Part shown: positions 38,785-50,736 of the stretch, one piece after another
Numbering within the stretch: position 1 is the stretch's first letter
How the letters are laid out: each line of letters begins with the position of its first letter
Source of the DNA: Lingula anatina
Taxonomy: Eukaryota > Animalia > Brachiopoda
Direction of reading: 5' to 3'
Assembly: GCA_051362555.1 (NCBI GenBank)
Contig: CM120642.1
Location: 372,001 to 436,000, forward strand
Length of the DNA: 64,000 nucleotides
The notes under the pieces: generated by a model
Told to the model about the DNA's origin: nothing
Database searches by the model: none
The model's input: only the letters and a program-made list of their open reading frames with translations
Position numbers and translations under genes: made by a program

Positions 38785-39679
38785 GGCCCGTACATCGAAA
38801 GTTTCGCTATGTTGCGAGCGGGCGCGAGCATGGCGATTCCGCGCTATTTGCGAGTCCGCGCTATTTCAACCACCTGCTATCTTGAAGCCTTAGCAAACGC
38901 AACGCAATTATAACCTCAAACTCTACTAAAATTCGATTGCCGCATAAAGTAAAGACGTCATAATACAATTACACATATTTTTTTCACCATGACCCTAATC
39001 AAGAGGTTGTTTTTGTTTATAGGAATATCATAATTACAAATACTGTACTGATATTTGAAGTGTTTGACACCAATAAAATGTCAAAAAAACAATTCAATAA
39101 GCGAAGCTTGAACTGACACAATTACTGACACATTGGTGAGTAGTGTTCAGTCTCACAATAATAGACATTGAGGAAGGTCACGGTACGACCGAATGCTTTG
39201 TTTCTGCTTTTTCATTTTGTGTAGAAAATGACACTTTTAAATTTATGATTATTATCAATAGACTACACAGATGAATTATATTCATCAGAAAATATAAAGT
39301 GATGTATGAAATGTTTATGCATAATAAAACATGACTTTAGCATTCTTCATGTGAATATTTACCGCAAGGTACCGAGTGATTCGATCTTTTATAAGCTTCC
39401 ATGTTTTGATTATATGTTTTGTTATATGCTATTATGACTAGCAACCCAAATTTGCCGCCATGTTTAATTACATGAAAGACACATTAAAATGACGAATTAT
39501 GCATACGCAGAGGCCATTGCAACTAGTTTGTATCACCGCAAATAATAGCCTCGAAACTAATGGTGATTTCGCTATTAGCGCACGGTCGCTATTTGCGAGG
39601 CTTTCGATATATGGGATAGCGAGGAATCGCCATGCTTGCGCCCGCTCGCAACATAGCGAAGCTTTCGAGATACGGGGCC
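38785..39679. mobile_element. Harbinger-type MITE (copy 2) with ~55-bp TIRs and CTG TSD
   Basis: ggcccgtacatcgaaagtttcgctatgttgcgagcgggcgc... vs ...gcgcccgctcgcaacatagcgaagctttcgagatacggggcc; CTG on both flanks (38782-38784, 39680-39682). Confidence 0.85.
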
Positions 39680-39682
39680 CTG

Positions 39683-40000
39683 GCATTTTCTGCTCTTGCG
39701 TTACGCCTCTAGTGAGACCACAGGTAACACACGTTGACAGCACTGACCGCTCTGCGGCATTAATTGACTTTGATGATCCAGTACTTGTTGCGGAGTACGT
39801 GATCACGTCCTGCGTGTCCGCGAATTGAATGTGCTTTGCGAATCATTGAGTTGTCACATGGCATTTGTGAGGTAAAATAATCTCCCTTCTACTCTCAAAA
39901 CACCATTTTCCGAGAAAGGATCTAACTTATAAAGGCTACTAGACCGATGAAGTACCTTTGCTCCGTGTTGACCCTAAATTTGGGATAAGTCTTATGGTTT
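39683..40000 (-). mobile_element. BEL/Pao integrase Zn-binding (HHCC) region fragment
   Basis: Minus-strand remnants IILPHK, GHAGRDHVL-RNKYWIIK and NAAERSVLSTCVTC...EQKM in shifting frames. Confidence 0.7.
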
Positions 40001-41669
40001 GTGTAAGTGTCGTCTTAAGGTGTGTTTATTTCCCGCGCATACGGAGATTCGACTTCACCGACTACGGAAACCAAAAAAAGAGCGCCAGTGATTCCATGTG
40101 ACTCGTTTTTATTTACATCAGCCAAGAATTGTAATTAAAGTAAGTCTTTATACTAATAAAACATCATAAAGGTAGTAAATAAAAATTTAGAGTATACCGT
40201 GTAGCACAAGACAAGGTCTGGTTTATTGAAGTTCTATTTTGATTTATTGTTACCGATAATCGGTTTGCTGTGTGGTTATTTATTTTGATGCGGTAATTTT
40301 TCATTGCACACTGTTGAAAATATCTTAATGGCTCTGTATACTTGGAATCTGCATTCGCTTCGACTTCAAAACAAAGTTTTCTTCGGAATAAAACTCTGTT
40401 GATCACCAGAAGTAAATGGAAATCTAATAGACTTAATGGAACTTTCCCATAATATATGACAACCTTGGGCACTTTTCCTTTTTGTGCCCTTTCAGAACAG
40501 TGGGAACTGGGGATTGACAAAAAGGGGAATGTCTGCTGACAGACAAATCACAAAACCCACCAGTAATCTTCTGATTTAACTTCTAATCTGTTTATAATCA
40601 CTATACCCCCATTGTAATTCAAGAAAATGAAAGAATGCTGACATATATTGATTTGCAAACTTGCAAACCTGAGTGTTTCGACAAGCATTCGCCACTTACT
40701 TAAACACAGTTGGATTCAGAACTAAAAGTTATGTTAAATGCCCAAATTTCTAGCACTCTCTTGTTCCTTTGTTTTCTCAAAAGAAGTACAACTTCTGGTG
40801 ATTAATATAGGTCAATAGTTGATAGATCTTTTATATTTTAAGGTATAAAAATTAGGAAATGATGTGCAATACATATGATTAACAATTCTTGTACCAAATT
40901 TTTATTTATTATACATCATTTTACATATTCTACATCGAAATATTATTTTTTTTACAATTGAGCCGAGATTAATTATTGTGCCTCTGCAGGGACGACGCAT
41001 GGGCAGGCGTGTGAGAGGCGGAGAGACCATCACAGGATTAAGTGGTCTTCCTTTCATGTAGGTCGTCCATATTTAAGCCGTGGACCAATTGGTACTTGGA
41101 TCTTCTCATTCTGAATGGCCCCTTACACGTGCACATGAGTTACTGAAATATTGTTGCGATCTCAGCGGCTGTGTGAGTCCGTGTTATATGTAAAATGTAT
41201 TACTGTCCTTTTTCAGAACAACACGTAAATATGTATATTTTCCAGCACAACGTTTATAATACCCAGCATAACCGTAATATCAGTTTGCTGATTCATTTGA
41301 GAAAACTACCAAAACAGAGAGATACAAGGGTTACTACTTATTCTTGTGAATGAATATCGTTGAGGGAGCAGTAGTTTGTGTGCTTCAGAAAATATTGTAA
41401 AATATTATATTGTAAAATCGGAGTTGTTTTAAGAGTTTTTCTGGCATCCCTTGATCTAAATTCAACAAAATATTAAGCCAATTGAATACTAAAAACTACA
41501 GAAAAATAATTAATTGTATGTAGCATGATTCCTGAACCGCACTTCGACATGCTTGCATCAAGCGAATGAACAAATATGTCAATTAAGGAAAAGAAACAGG
41601 AAACAAATGTACAGCAGCTGAGCTCATATTTTTACTTGTACACCGGCCTTATTGGTACCAAGATCGTAT

Positions 41670-41896
41670 TCAGTCATCGGACACGAAGACAGCAAACACT
41701 TCAGCCTCACCGTGAGTACCTGCAATTAATAAAACAGAACTTTGAGAAATATAAGCCAATACACAAATCTCAGCTGATATTGGATATATATTTTTTATTT
41801 TAAGGTAGCAAATACCTCGGCCTTTGAATGGGTACCTGCATTAATAAAAGAAAAGATGAGTTGTACGGAGGTTTAACCTTCCTCTGAAACATACGG

Positions 41897-41950
<54 letters not shown>

Positions 41951-44546
41951 TACCACGTGGTCTTAAAGTACCAGTATTGACGGGATGTGGCATGATAAAT
42001 GTTTACGTACCTTGTGCGAAAAGTGTGGACGATGTTCCTTGTGCGTACAAAAACATTGGATATTCGGCATAAGTCTCGTATCCACACCATGAATTACTGG
42101 CAACAAGGAGCCAGCCATGGTCATCCGGGCAATCATTCCACGTTTTACTTATGTAGAAGGTGCGGGTTTCTGTAGCACTGTAAAATAAGTAAAAATCCGG
42201 TACTTCTTGTTCCATGACTCGAGAAGACAATCTTTATTATGACTTTACCTTTTGTCTTCTTAAATTAAAAAAAGAAGACTTCATGCAGTGTAAGTGTATG
42301 ACAGTTTCGCATTGTTGTGTTACATCTGTAGTTTTAATGAAAATGAGAGTGACATGACTATGATATTTATCATTTCATCTTGTCAAATTGAAAAAGAGAA
42401 ATATTTACCCGACAATTGCGAAGTGGTAACCATATGCATTAGTATCGGCTGAGAGAATATCGTCATAATTAGAGGAGAGGAGGCGATCTCTGGCAAACCA
42501 TGACAATTTATCGGTGCCGGACGCATTAAAGACGAGTTGGACGACTTCTACCCCATTAGCATCATACAGCGCAACCTTTGCCTGGAAAGATTTAATGAGC
42601 TTTTAAATGAGCAACACAAAGTCGGTTTTACATAGATTATTTTCTCACGAAAGTGGGTTTCGGCCTAGGATAGGTATCAGACATGTGCTATATAGCTGCA
42701 GCCTAACCCAGGGGCATAATGGATTTTTCCCAACCACATAATGTGCAACGATATGATAACAGGGGCAGATCTACAGATATATTCCGACATTCTTCCAAAT
42801 TATCTTAATTGATCCATCATTCATTTTTACCGTCTTCCGACAGATGAAAATTAGACGCCATCAATGTAAACTTGAAAAAATCTGACTGTTATCCGGAAGA
42901 CACAAAAGACGGCCTCCGTCCACACCTGGATAATGTCACCTCATCTTTTATGATTTTTCTTAATGTCAGCAACTCGCTTTCCTTTGCCATGTTAACATAT
43001 CTTCAATTATTAATGTAACATCAGTAGGGAATAAGTGGAAATATATATTATTCATACAGTGGTGTACATATACTCATAGAATGAATTGCATTTTTCTAGG
43101 CCCATGAATCCATTGTTTTGAACATCAGATGAAAACCTGCATTTTCACATAAGTGCAATAGCTTTACATTGAAACGTAGGACAAAGCTATCTTTCTGTCG
43201 ATTTCTCTCCAGTTGGTATTGTTGAAAGCATTATTTAGTTCAGGAAGTAATGAGCAGTCCATAAAGCCTATTAAATACATTTAACATTTACAATATAATA
43301 CATACCTGTGTTACACCAAGGGTCTCCCAGGCCCCCAGAGATGACGACTTGTAGTGCTGATATAATATAATACATACCTGTGTTACACCAAGGGTCTCCC
43401 AGGCCCCCAGAGATGACGACTTGTATTGCTGATATAATATAATACGTACCCGTGTTACACCAAGGGTCTCCCAGACCCCCAGAGATGACGACTTGTAGTG
43501 CTGATGCAATGTGGAATTGAGTTTTCGGGCTTCTGCATTGTTTTCGTTCAGTGGCTGGGAAGAGTTCCAGAGATCTAAAATATTCCCTCCAGCTCTTGCT
43601 ACAGCTTTGAAAATCAATGTCCATTCGTTCCCTGCAAAACAACTTTCTGCGTATGTTGGTTCTAAACACTGGTTTTATGAGTATCATATTCAGATCTTGC
43701 TTTACAAGATCCATGCCATCCACCTCAAAAGATGCAATTATCTTCACACGAACTGAGAATAAAATATCATCACGCTAATAACTCTCCAGAAACCCTCGTG
43801 CTATGTCATACGTTTACCTGTGACATAATTACAATTGTCAGGTAATTTCACATCATATGGACGCATTACTTCCACACCAGTTTGGTGCAGGTGCCCTGCA
43901 TTTGAGCTGTGTCAACAGATGCACAAATTCACTGAATACTGATCGCTATTGAATATCTTGTATCTTAAGCAGAACCTTTAAAAACATGTTGATACACGGA
44001 TGATACGTATCCTAGTAAATACGTTGAAGTCTATTTATTTTAACACTACTTATACCTGTACATGCCCGTTGTTTTATAATAATGGATGTGCATATCTGTT
44101 GTTTAACAATACCATATAAACATTCATATATGTTGCTTTATTAAACTAGCTGTTGTTTTAAAATACTATATGCCAGTAGATTGCATACCTGCAGGGGCGT
44201 CAGCTAAGACGAGCAAATTACAGTCGACGTCCGTCACCGCGTTCGTCATAACTTCACGAAGATTACTGGCTCCGTATATGGTGCAGTTTTGTGTATTTTT
44301 ACAATACTGGGCAGTGTCCCCTCTCAGGTCTTGTATTCTTACTGCACATTCTAAGACAGAATTCGTCGTAAAGCTATCTAAACCGTTAACGCCGAGAGGT
44401 AAACGGTAAAATGGCATTCGAAGATGGCTATGAATATCGAACCTTGCTGTTACTACAGTCTGTCCGGCCGCAAAACGAACCAGAATACCAAAAACAACGC
44501 CTAGAAAAATGGTAATATGCCCAATAGATAACTGCTTGACACACAT
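41670..44546 (-). CDS. Uncharacterised secreted protein, copy A (~309 aa; signal peptide, PAN/apple-like Cys region, invertebrate C-terminal domain)
   Basis: Five GT-AG exons in consistent phase: 44546-44189, 43631-43450, 42581-42409, 42177-42011, 41719-41670 (930 nt, ends GTHGEAEVFAVFVSDD*). Hydrophobic N-terminus; exons 2-5 are the same size as in copy B. Confidence 0.8.
41899..41948. repeat. (TA)n microsatellite
   Basis: Read directly. Confidence 0.95.
43288..43503. repeat. 72-bp tandem repeat x3 spanning the exon 2 / intron 2 boundary of copy A
   Basis: Three units (HYKSSSLG.WETLGVT..IILY); only one unit in copy B at ~49134-49205. Confidence 0.95.
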
Positions 44547-46099
44547 TTTGTATTTATATATGATAATTTTAGCAATCTTTTGGATCTCTCATTAGTTAAT
44601 TCGTCTTTGAATTTAAGCTTTAGCTTTAACTTCAGAAATATCACGGTCTTTCTCATAGCATAGCCTGTCAGCAGATGAACGGTAATTCCCGATTATCAAG
44701 TATTTTTAACATTATTAATGTTTGATCTTTAACGTCTGTTACCAAAACTAAGTGGTGTACAGTGAGAGACCATCTTACCCCAAAACATAACTGGTCCAAA
44801 ACGCAACAATCCGCTAAAAACAAAGATAACTGCTGGGTGACACAGACACTGATATGTAGATACAAATATATATGACAACAGGTGGCGCAATCGTTTATAC
44901 GACAATTAATTACATTTACTCATTTACGGTGCGCTGATTTCTAAATTATTGATTGTTTAACTCTGCACGCCCCCTTTCGCGTAGACGCCGATTGTTTGCA
45001 AAACGACAACTGGAAATTTCATTCTCAAACAAACTTGTCTAAGCAAATACCAATCATTTGCCTCTGGGACGCCTACAAAAGATCTTACTCGCAGACACAA
45101 TAAAAGGAAACTGTCTTACTTGTTTTTCTCAAATCTACTGAAATGATTCAAAAGTAAATTATATATAGTCCCTTGTTTAGTTACAATCTGCATATCTTTC
45201 ACTTTAGAGTCAATAAGGCACTTTGTCATATTTTGCAAATTAGAATATAGTTACCAGTTTTAATTCAGAGCTTTTCACTCAAACATTGGAAATTACGGTT
45301 CCCGGGTGTCTGTTCCACAACCTAAGATGACATGTCCACGACAGGTGGCGCAATGTGATCCAGACATGTCGTAATAACGTAAACATCGATTTATTTTAGG
45401 CTTGTAGTTTTTACACACATCAACACAGTTATCAATATAATTTGAACTGACAAGTATCTGTAGATATAGAAAACGACTTTCATTTTTTCTGTAAAATATC
45501 AAACTTTTCTTCAATTTTATTGTGGAATAAAATATTAAATCAAATTGTGCATTCAATCTCACTGACAAACGCACTATAAACATTTTCACAGTTATTAATT
45601 TATTGATAGTTATTGATTAATTGATTGATAGTTATTTACTAAAGATAACATAAACCTTGTACATTGTATATACAAGCAAGGCGATCATAGGTAAAATGCT
45701 GAAATCAAAATAAAGTGTATATGAAAGGTGATCACAATACAAATAAATAAATTTTTATACAATCTTACTCATCTAAAAAGAAGTTTAACATGTCTTGGAC
45801 ATAACCTTACCACGTGGGCAGCTGGTTACTCTTACAGCCACACGATATCAACTGCACATATTCATATGCATACAAACAAACTGGCAGCTCACCTGTAAAT
45901 TACATGGCCAATTTACATGCTCATTATGCTGTTAACAATCAAAAGGATCAATCGGGATGGGCCAGTTAGAAAGTGGAATAGATTGGGATCTGGCCTTTGA
46001 CATATATTAATATACACGTGTGAATAAGACGTTACATCATTCTTTCCTTTTGTATTACTTACACATTAACTAAAAATAAAGAGATGTATCATGAAACTC

Positions 46100-47400
46100 A
46101 AACAAGGCAGCACTGCTGCTAAATGTACAGACAAAAAGCGCAAAAGAATGATGCACAAAAAGGTTATTTTGTCAATTTGGATGCAATATTACGTAATGCT
46201 TAACAACAAAATCAACACTAAATTATATTATGCACTACAGGTAATACGGATATTAGGAATATGTAACTAACATTAGGCTTCAGAAACATTACAGTTCAAG
46301 TTCATACACTGCATAAATTTTAAAATATAATAATAATAATAACAACAACAATAATAATCAAGCTGTTTTTTCAATTTCAGCTGTATGTGTCAATCCTATA
46401 GTAAGCAGCATTGTAAGTTACAAAATAATAAGAAGCACAGCTCTTGCTTCATAACATTTGTGGTGGCAGTGCACAAAGTAAGTTTTTCGTCAATTTTGAT
46501 GCAATATTACATAATGATTGATAGCATAATCATCACCATCGTTTAATAAGCTACTATGCATAACATGGACATTAAGAAAATGTAAATACAATTTGTATAT
46601 ACAATTTGTCTTCATATCTGTGGGAGTCCCGTAAAGAAAATATCAATAGGTGAAAAATGAAAATGTCAAAAAAATGCACATCTTCCAGAAAAGGAAGGCA
46701 ATCAGACTGTTTTTCCGACTCAAGCTGCATTTCAATCCCGTGAATTTTTTATGTAAGTTTGAGAATCATAAGTAAAATGTTGGTCATTATGGCGGTACTA
46801 TCAAAAATGGGATTTTCTTCAATTTTAATTCAATATTACATAATGCTCAACAGCATAATGCACTGCTGGTAACATAAATATTGGATACATGTTATTAACA
46901 AAGCTCTTCCGGCCCATGGAAGTTCAAAGCCACACATTGAAATTGCCAATATGTGAAATATTAACATTTCACAAAACAATCTGAATAACTATCAGAAAAA
47001 GACGCCAATAAGACTTGTTTTCCAACTCAAGCTGTATTTTAGTCCTGTGTTTCTTTTCTGTAATTTGAGAAGAGTAAGGTTTTCCTCTGAATATCACTGT
47101 GGTGGGAGTACCAAAAATAGGTTTTCCCTCATTTTGATGCAATTTTACATAATGCTTATCAGCAAAAGCACCACCAAGATAAGATGCCAAGATATATGAA
47201 ATACACATTTCACAAAACAATTATAACTTCAAGAAACAAAAAACTTTCGAACTTAATATTGATTACTCCTGTACGTTTGAAAACAATAGGCTTATCGGTT
47301 CCCTTGAACTATGTTTTCTGTATAGCATGTATACTGAAAAAAGTGATAAAACACCTTTACCTTTGGAAAAATGGTCCTATCAAGCTGATTTTCAAACCTG
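46100..47400. repeat. Degenerate ~320-340-bp tandem repeat, ~4 units
   Basis: A 'tgcaatattacataatg'-like motif recurs at ~46182, 46500, 46830 and 47138, and 'caagctg' at ~46359, 46721, 47028 and 47381. Confidence 0.55.
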
Positions 47401-47537
47401 ACCTGCATTCTATGTATATCCATCAGTTCTACAAGTTTGAAGACAATAGATCAAACGGTTTACCATTTATTGTGTAGTTAAGCTGATGGTTTACGTAAGG
47501 CTAGCCTTATTTGGTATGAGGTTCGAATCCGTGGTAT

Positions 47538-50077
47538 TCAGTCATCGGACACGAAGACAGCAAAAACTTCAGCTTCTCCATGGGTACCTACAATTAATAA
47601 AAACAGATGTTTGTGAAATATTAACCAATACACAAGTCCCAGCTGATATTGGATACATATTGCACATCTTTGTAATTTTAAGGTGGCAAACACATCTGCC
47701 TCTCCATGGGTACCTGCAATTAATAAAACAAGATGAGCGGCGCGCAGGTTTAACCTTCCACTGAAATATGCGGTAATATATATGGAAAAAAAGGTGTTTT
47801 AGGTTTCAACCAGTTCAAAATTAGCAACTTTAAATTCACTTTTCTTTTTTACATTTTTGGGATTTAATTCACGTTAAATATGTAGCTAATTCAGCCACCA
47901 CCTGGACAGAATAATAAATAAACACAAGGACTGGGAACTTTATAAACGACACTGTCACTGCGTGGTCATTGGCGCCACGTGACTACCACGTGGTCTCAAA
48001 GTATCGATAGGATTTGACATGATCAACACACGTTGGCGTACCTAGTGCGAAATGTGTGAACGATGTCCCCTTTGCGTACAAAAACATTGGATATTCGGCA
48101 TAAGTCTCATACCCACAGCCTGAGTTACTGGTTATAAGGAGCCAGCCATGGTCCCACGGGCAATTAACCCACGTTTTACTGATGTAGAAGGTGCGCGTAT
48201 CTGGAACACTGGAAAATAATGAAACATTCGGCAATATTCCTGTTCCTTGACTTGACAATCGTTAGTATGACTTCAGAAATCTTTAGTGTGACTTCAGAAA
48301 TCTTTAGTATGACTTCAGTTAAGAAAGACAGGGTTCATGCAGTGCAATTATACGTCAATTGTGCATTGCTGTTAGATCTGTAGCTTTGATGAAAAATGAT
48401 AGTGACATGACCATGATATTTATCGTTTCATCTTTAAAAATTGGAAAAGGGAAAGATTTACCCGACAAGTCCGAAATGGTAACCATACACATTAGTATCG
48501 GCTGAGAGAATATCGACATAAGTAGAGGAGAGAAGACGATCTCTGGCAAACCATGAAAATTTATTCGTGCCGGACGCATTAAAGACGAGTTGGACGACTT
48601 CTACCCCATTAGTATCATACAGCGCCACCTTTGCCTGGAAAGATTTCATGAGCATTTAAAAGATCAATAAAAATTCGGTTGTACATAGATTATTTTCTCA
48701 CGAGAGTGGGTTTCGGCCGAGGATAGCCACCAAAACGCATGTGCTCTAAACCAGAGGCAAAAACCGGAATAGCGGATTTTTCCGACCTCCATAAGGTGTA
48801 ACAATATGATGTTACTTAATCTTCATTGATTTTGTTAAATGTCAGCGTATCCAATTACTGATGTAAAATCAGTAGGGAATAAGTGGAAATATATATTATT
48901 CATACAATGGTGTACATCTACTCAGAGGCTGAAGTGTACTTTCTGGGCCCGTGAATCCATTGTTTTGAACATCAGATGAAAACTTGTATATTCACCATAA
49001 GTGTAATAGCTTATATTTAAATTAAGACAAAGCTATCTTTCTGTCGATTTTGCTTCAGCTGGTATTGTTGAAACCATTATTTAGTTCAGGAAGTAATGAG
49101 CACTCCATAAAGCCTATTAAATACATTTAACATTTACAATATAATACATACCCGTGTTACACCAAGGGTCTCCCAGGCCCCAAGAGATGACGACTTGTAG
49201 TGCTGATGCAATGTGGAATTGAGTTTTCGTGCTTCTGCATTGTTTTCGTTCAGTGGCTGGGAAGAGTTCCAAAGATCTAAAACATTCCCTCCAGCTCTTG
49301 CTACAGCTTTGAAAATCAATGTCCATTCGTTCCCTGCAATGAAAAACAACTTTCTGTGTATGTTGGTTCTAAACACTGGTTTTATAAGTAACATGTTCGG
49401 ATCCTGCTTTACAAGATCCGTGCCATCCACCCCAAAAATTCAATTTTCTTCACACGAACTGAGAATAAAATATCCTCACGTTAATAGCTCTCCAGGATCT
49501 CTCGTGTTCTGTCATACATTCACTTTCGACATGAAAGCATCAAATTTTGACATCACATGGTAGAAATTTACCCACGTGCGAAATTAATTGGTCCAAACAT
49601 ATTGACGTAAAGTGATACGTGATACGCACATACGACGAGCTTAATTTTTTGACTGCATGCAAATATATTTTACAATACCAAAGTGTATACCTGTTAATTT
49701 ATAATACCACATATACATACCTGTAGGGGCGTCAGCTGAGACGAGTAACTTACAGTCGACATCTGTCACTGCGTTCGTTATGACTTCATGAAGATTACTG
49801 GCTACGTATATGGTGCAATTTTGTGCATTCTTACAATACTGGGCAGTGTCCCCGTCCATGTTTTGTATTCTGAACGCACATTCCACGACAGAATTCGTCG
49901 TAAAGGTCTCTAAACCGTTAACGCCGAGAGGTAAACGGTTAACTGGCATTCGAAGCTGGTCATGAACATCAAACATTGCTGATTTTACGCTCTGGCCGGC
50001 CGTAACCCGAAGCAAAAACCCAAAAACGACGCCTAGAAAAAAATCGTTTGTCCAATATTTTGTTGTTTAACACACAT
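47538..50077 (-). CDS. Uncharacterised secreted protein, copy B (tandem paralogue; 1-nt frameshift in the signal-peptide region, possibly a pseudogene)
   Basis: Exons 50077-49721, 49333-49152, 48634-48462, 48208-48042, 47587-47538. The ATG frame hits TAG after a T7 run at ~50034-50043, one base short of copy A's frame. Confidence 0.7.
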
Positions 50078-50354
50078 ATTTGAAATAAATTCGGTTACTT
50101 TGGCAACCAATCTCACTATAATTTAATTTAGGAAAGCTCGTGTTTGAACTACATCTTGATGCAGATGTTTTTAAATTTTAATACCAGAAATATCGCTACC
50201 ATAGCACAGCAGATTAAGCTTTGTTTTTCTGATTATCCAGTTTTTAATTCGGAAATACATAATAAATTAGCTAAAGGTAAACATTCTTCTATGAACCTTT
50301 TGGGCTTCTGGTATTTCTGACATATTCAATGTTTGCTCGTTTCCAATCGTTATC

Positions 50355-50736
50355 AAAACTAAGTGGTGTACCGTGAGAGACCATCTTACCCCAAAACATA
50401 ACTGGTCCAAAACTAAGTGGTGTACAGTGAGAGACCATCTTACCCCAAAACATAACTGGTCCAAAACTAAGTGGTGTACCGTGAGAGACCATCTTACCCC
50501 AAAACATAACTGGTCCAAAACTAAGTGGTGTACAGTGAGAGACCATCTTACCCCAAAACATAACTGGTCCAAAACTAAGTGGTGTACCGTGAGAGACCAT
50601 CTTACCCCAAAACATAACTGGTCCAAAACTAAGTGGTGTACAGTGAGAGACCATCTTACCCCAAAACATAACTGGTCCAAAACTAAGTGGTGTACAGTGA
50701 GAGACCATCTTTCCCCAAAACATAACTGGTCCAAAA
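50355..50736. repeat. 54-bp minisatellite x7
   Basis: Units start at 50355, 50409, 50463, 50517, 50571, 50625 and 50679; single copy upstream of copy A at 44744-44797. Confidence 0.97.

Noticed and set aside
36476-38893. Many 60-140-aa GC-rich ORFs
   Set aside because: They lie within non-autonomous Harbinger elements, overlap on both strands and lack domain motifs.
41250-41310. Alternative terminal exon for secreted protein copy A (VFSNESAN*)
   Set aside because: The exon at 41719-41670 is conserved in copy B and fits the domain end; this one has no paralogous counterpart.
42655-42695. Minus-strand CTGATA...GGCCGAAAC hammerhead-like string in an intron
   Set aside because: The core is incomplete and not conserved in the paralogous intron (~48708-48735).
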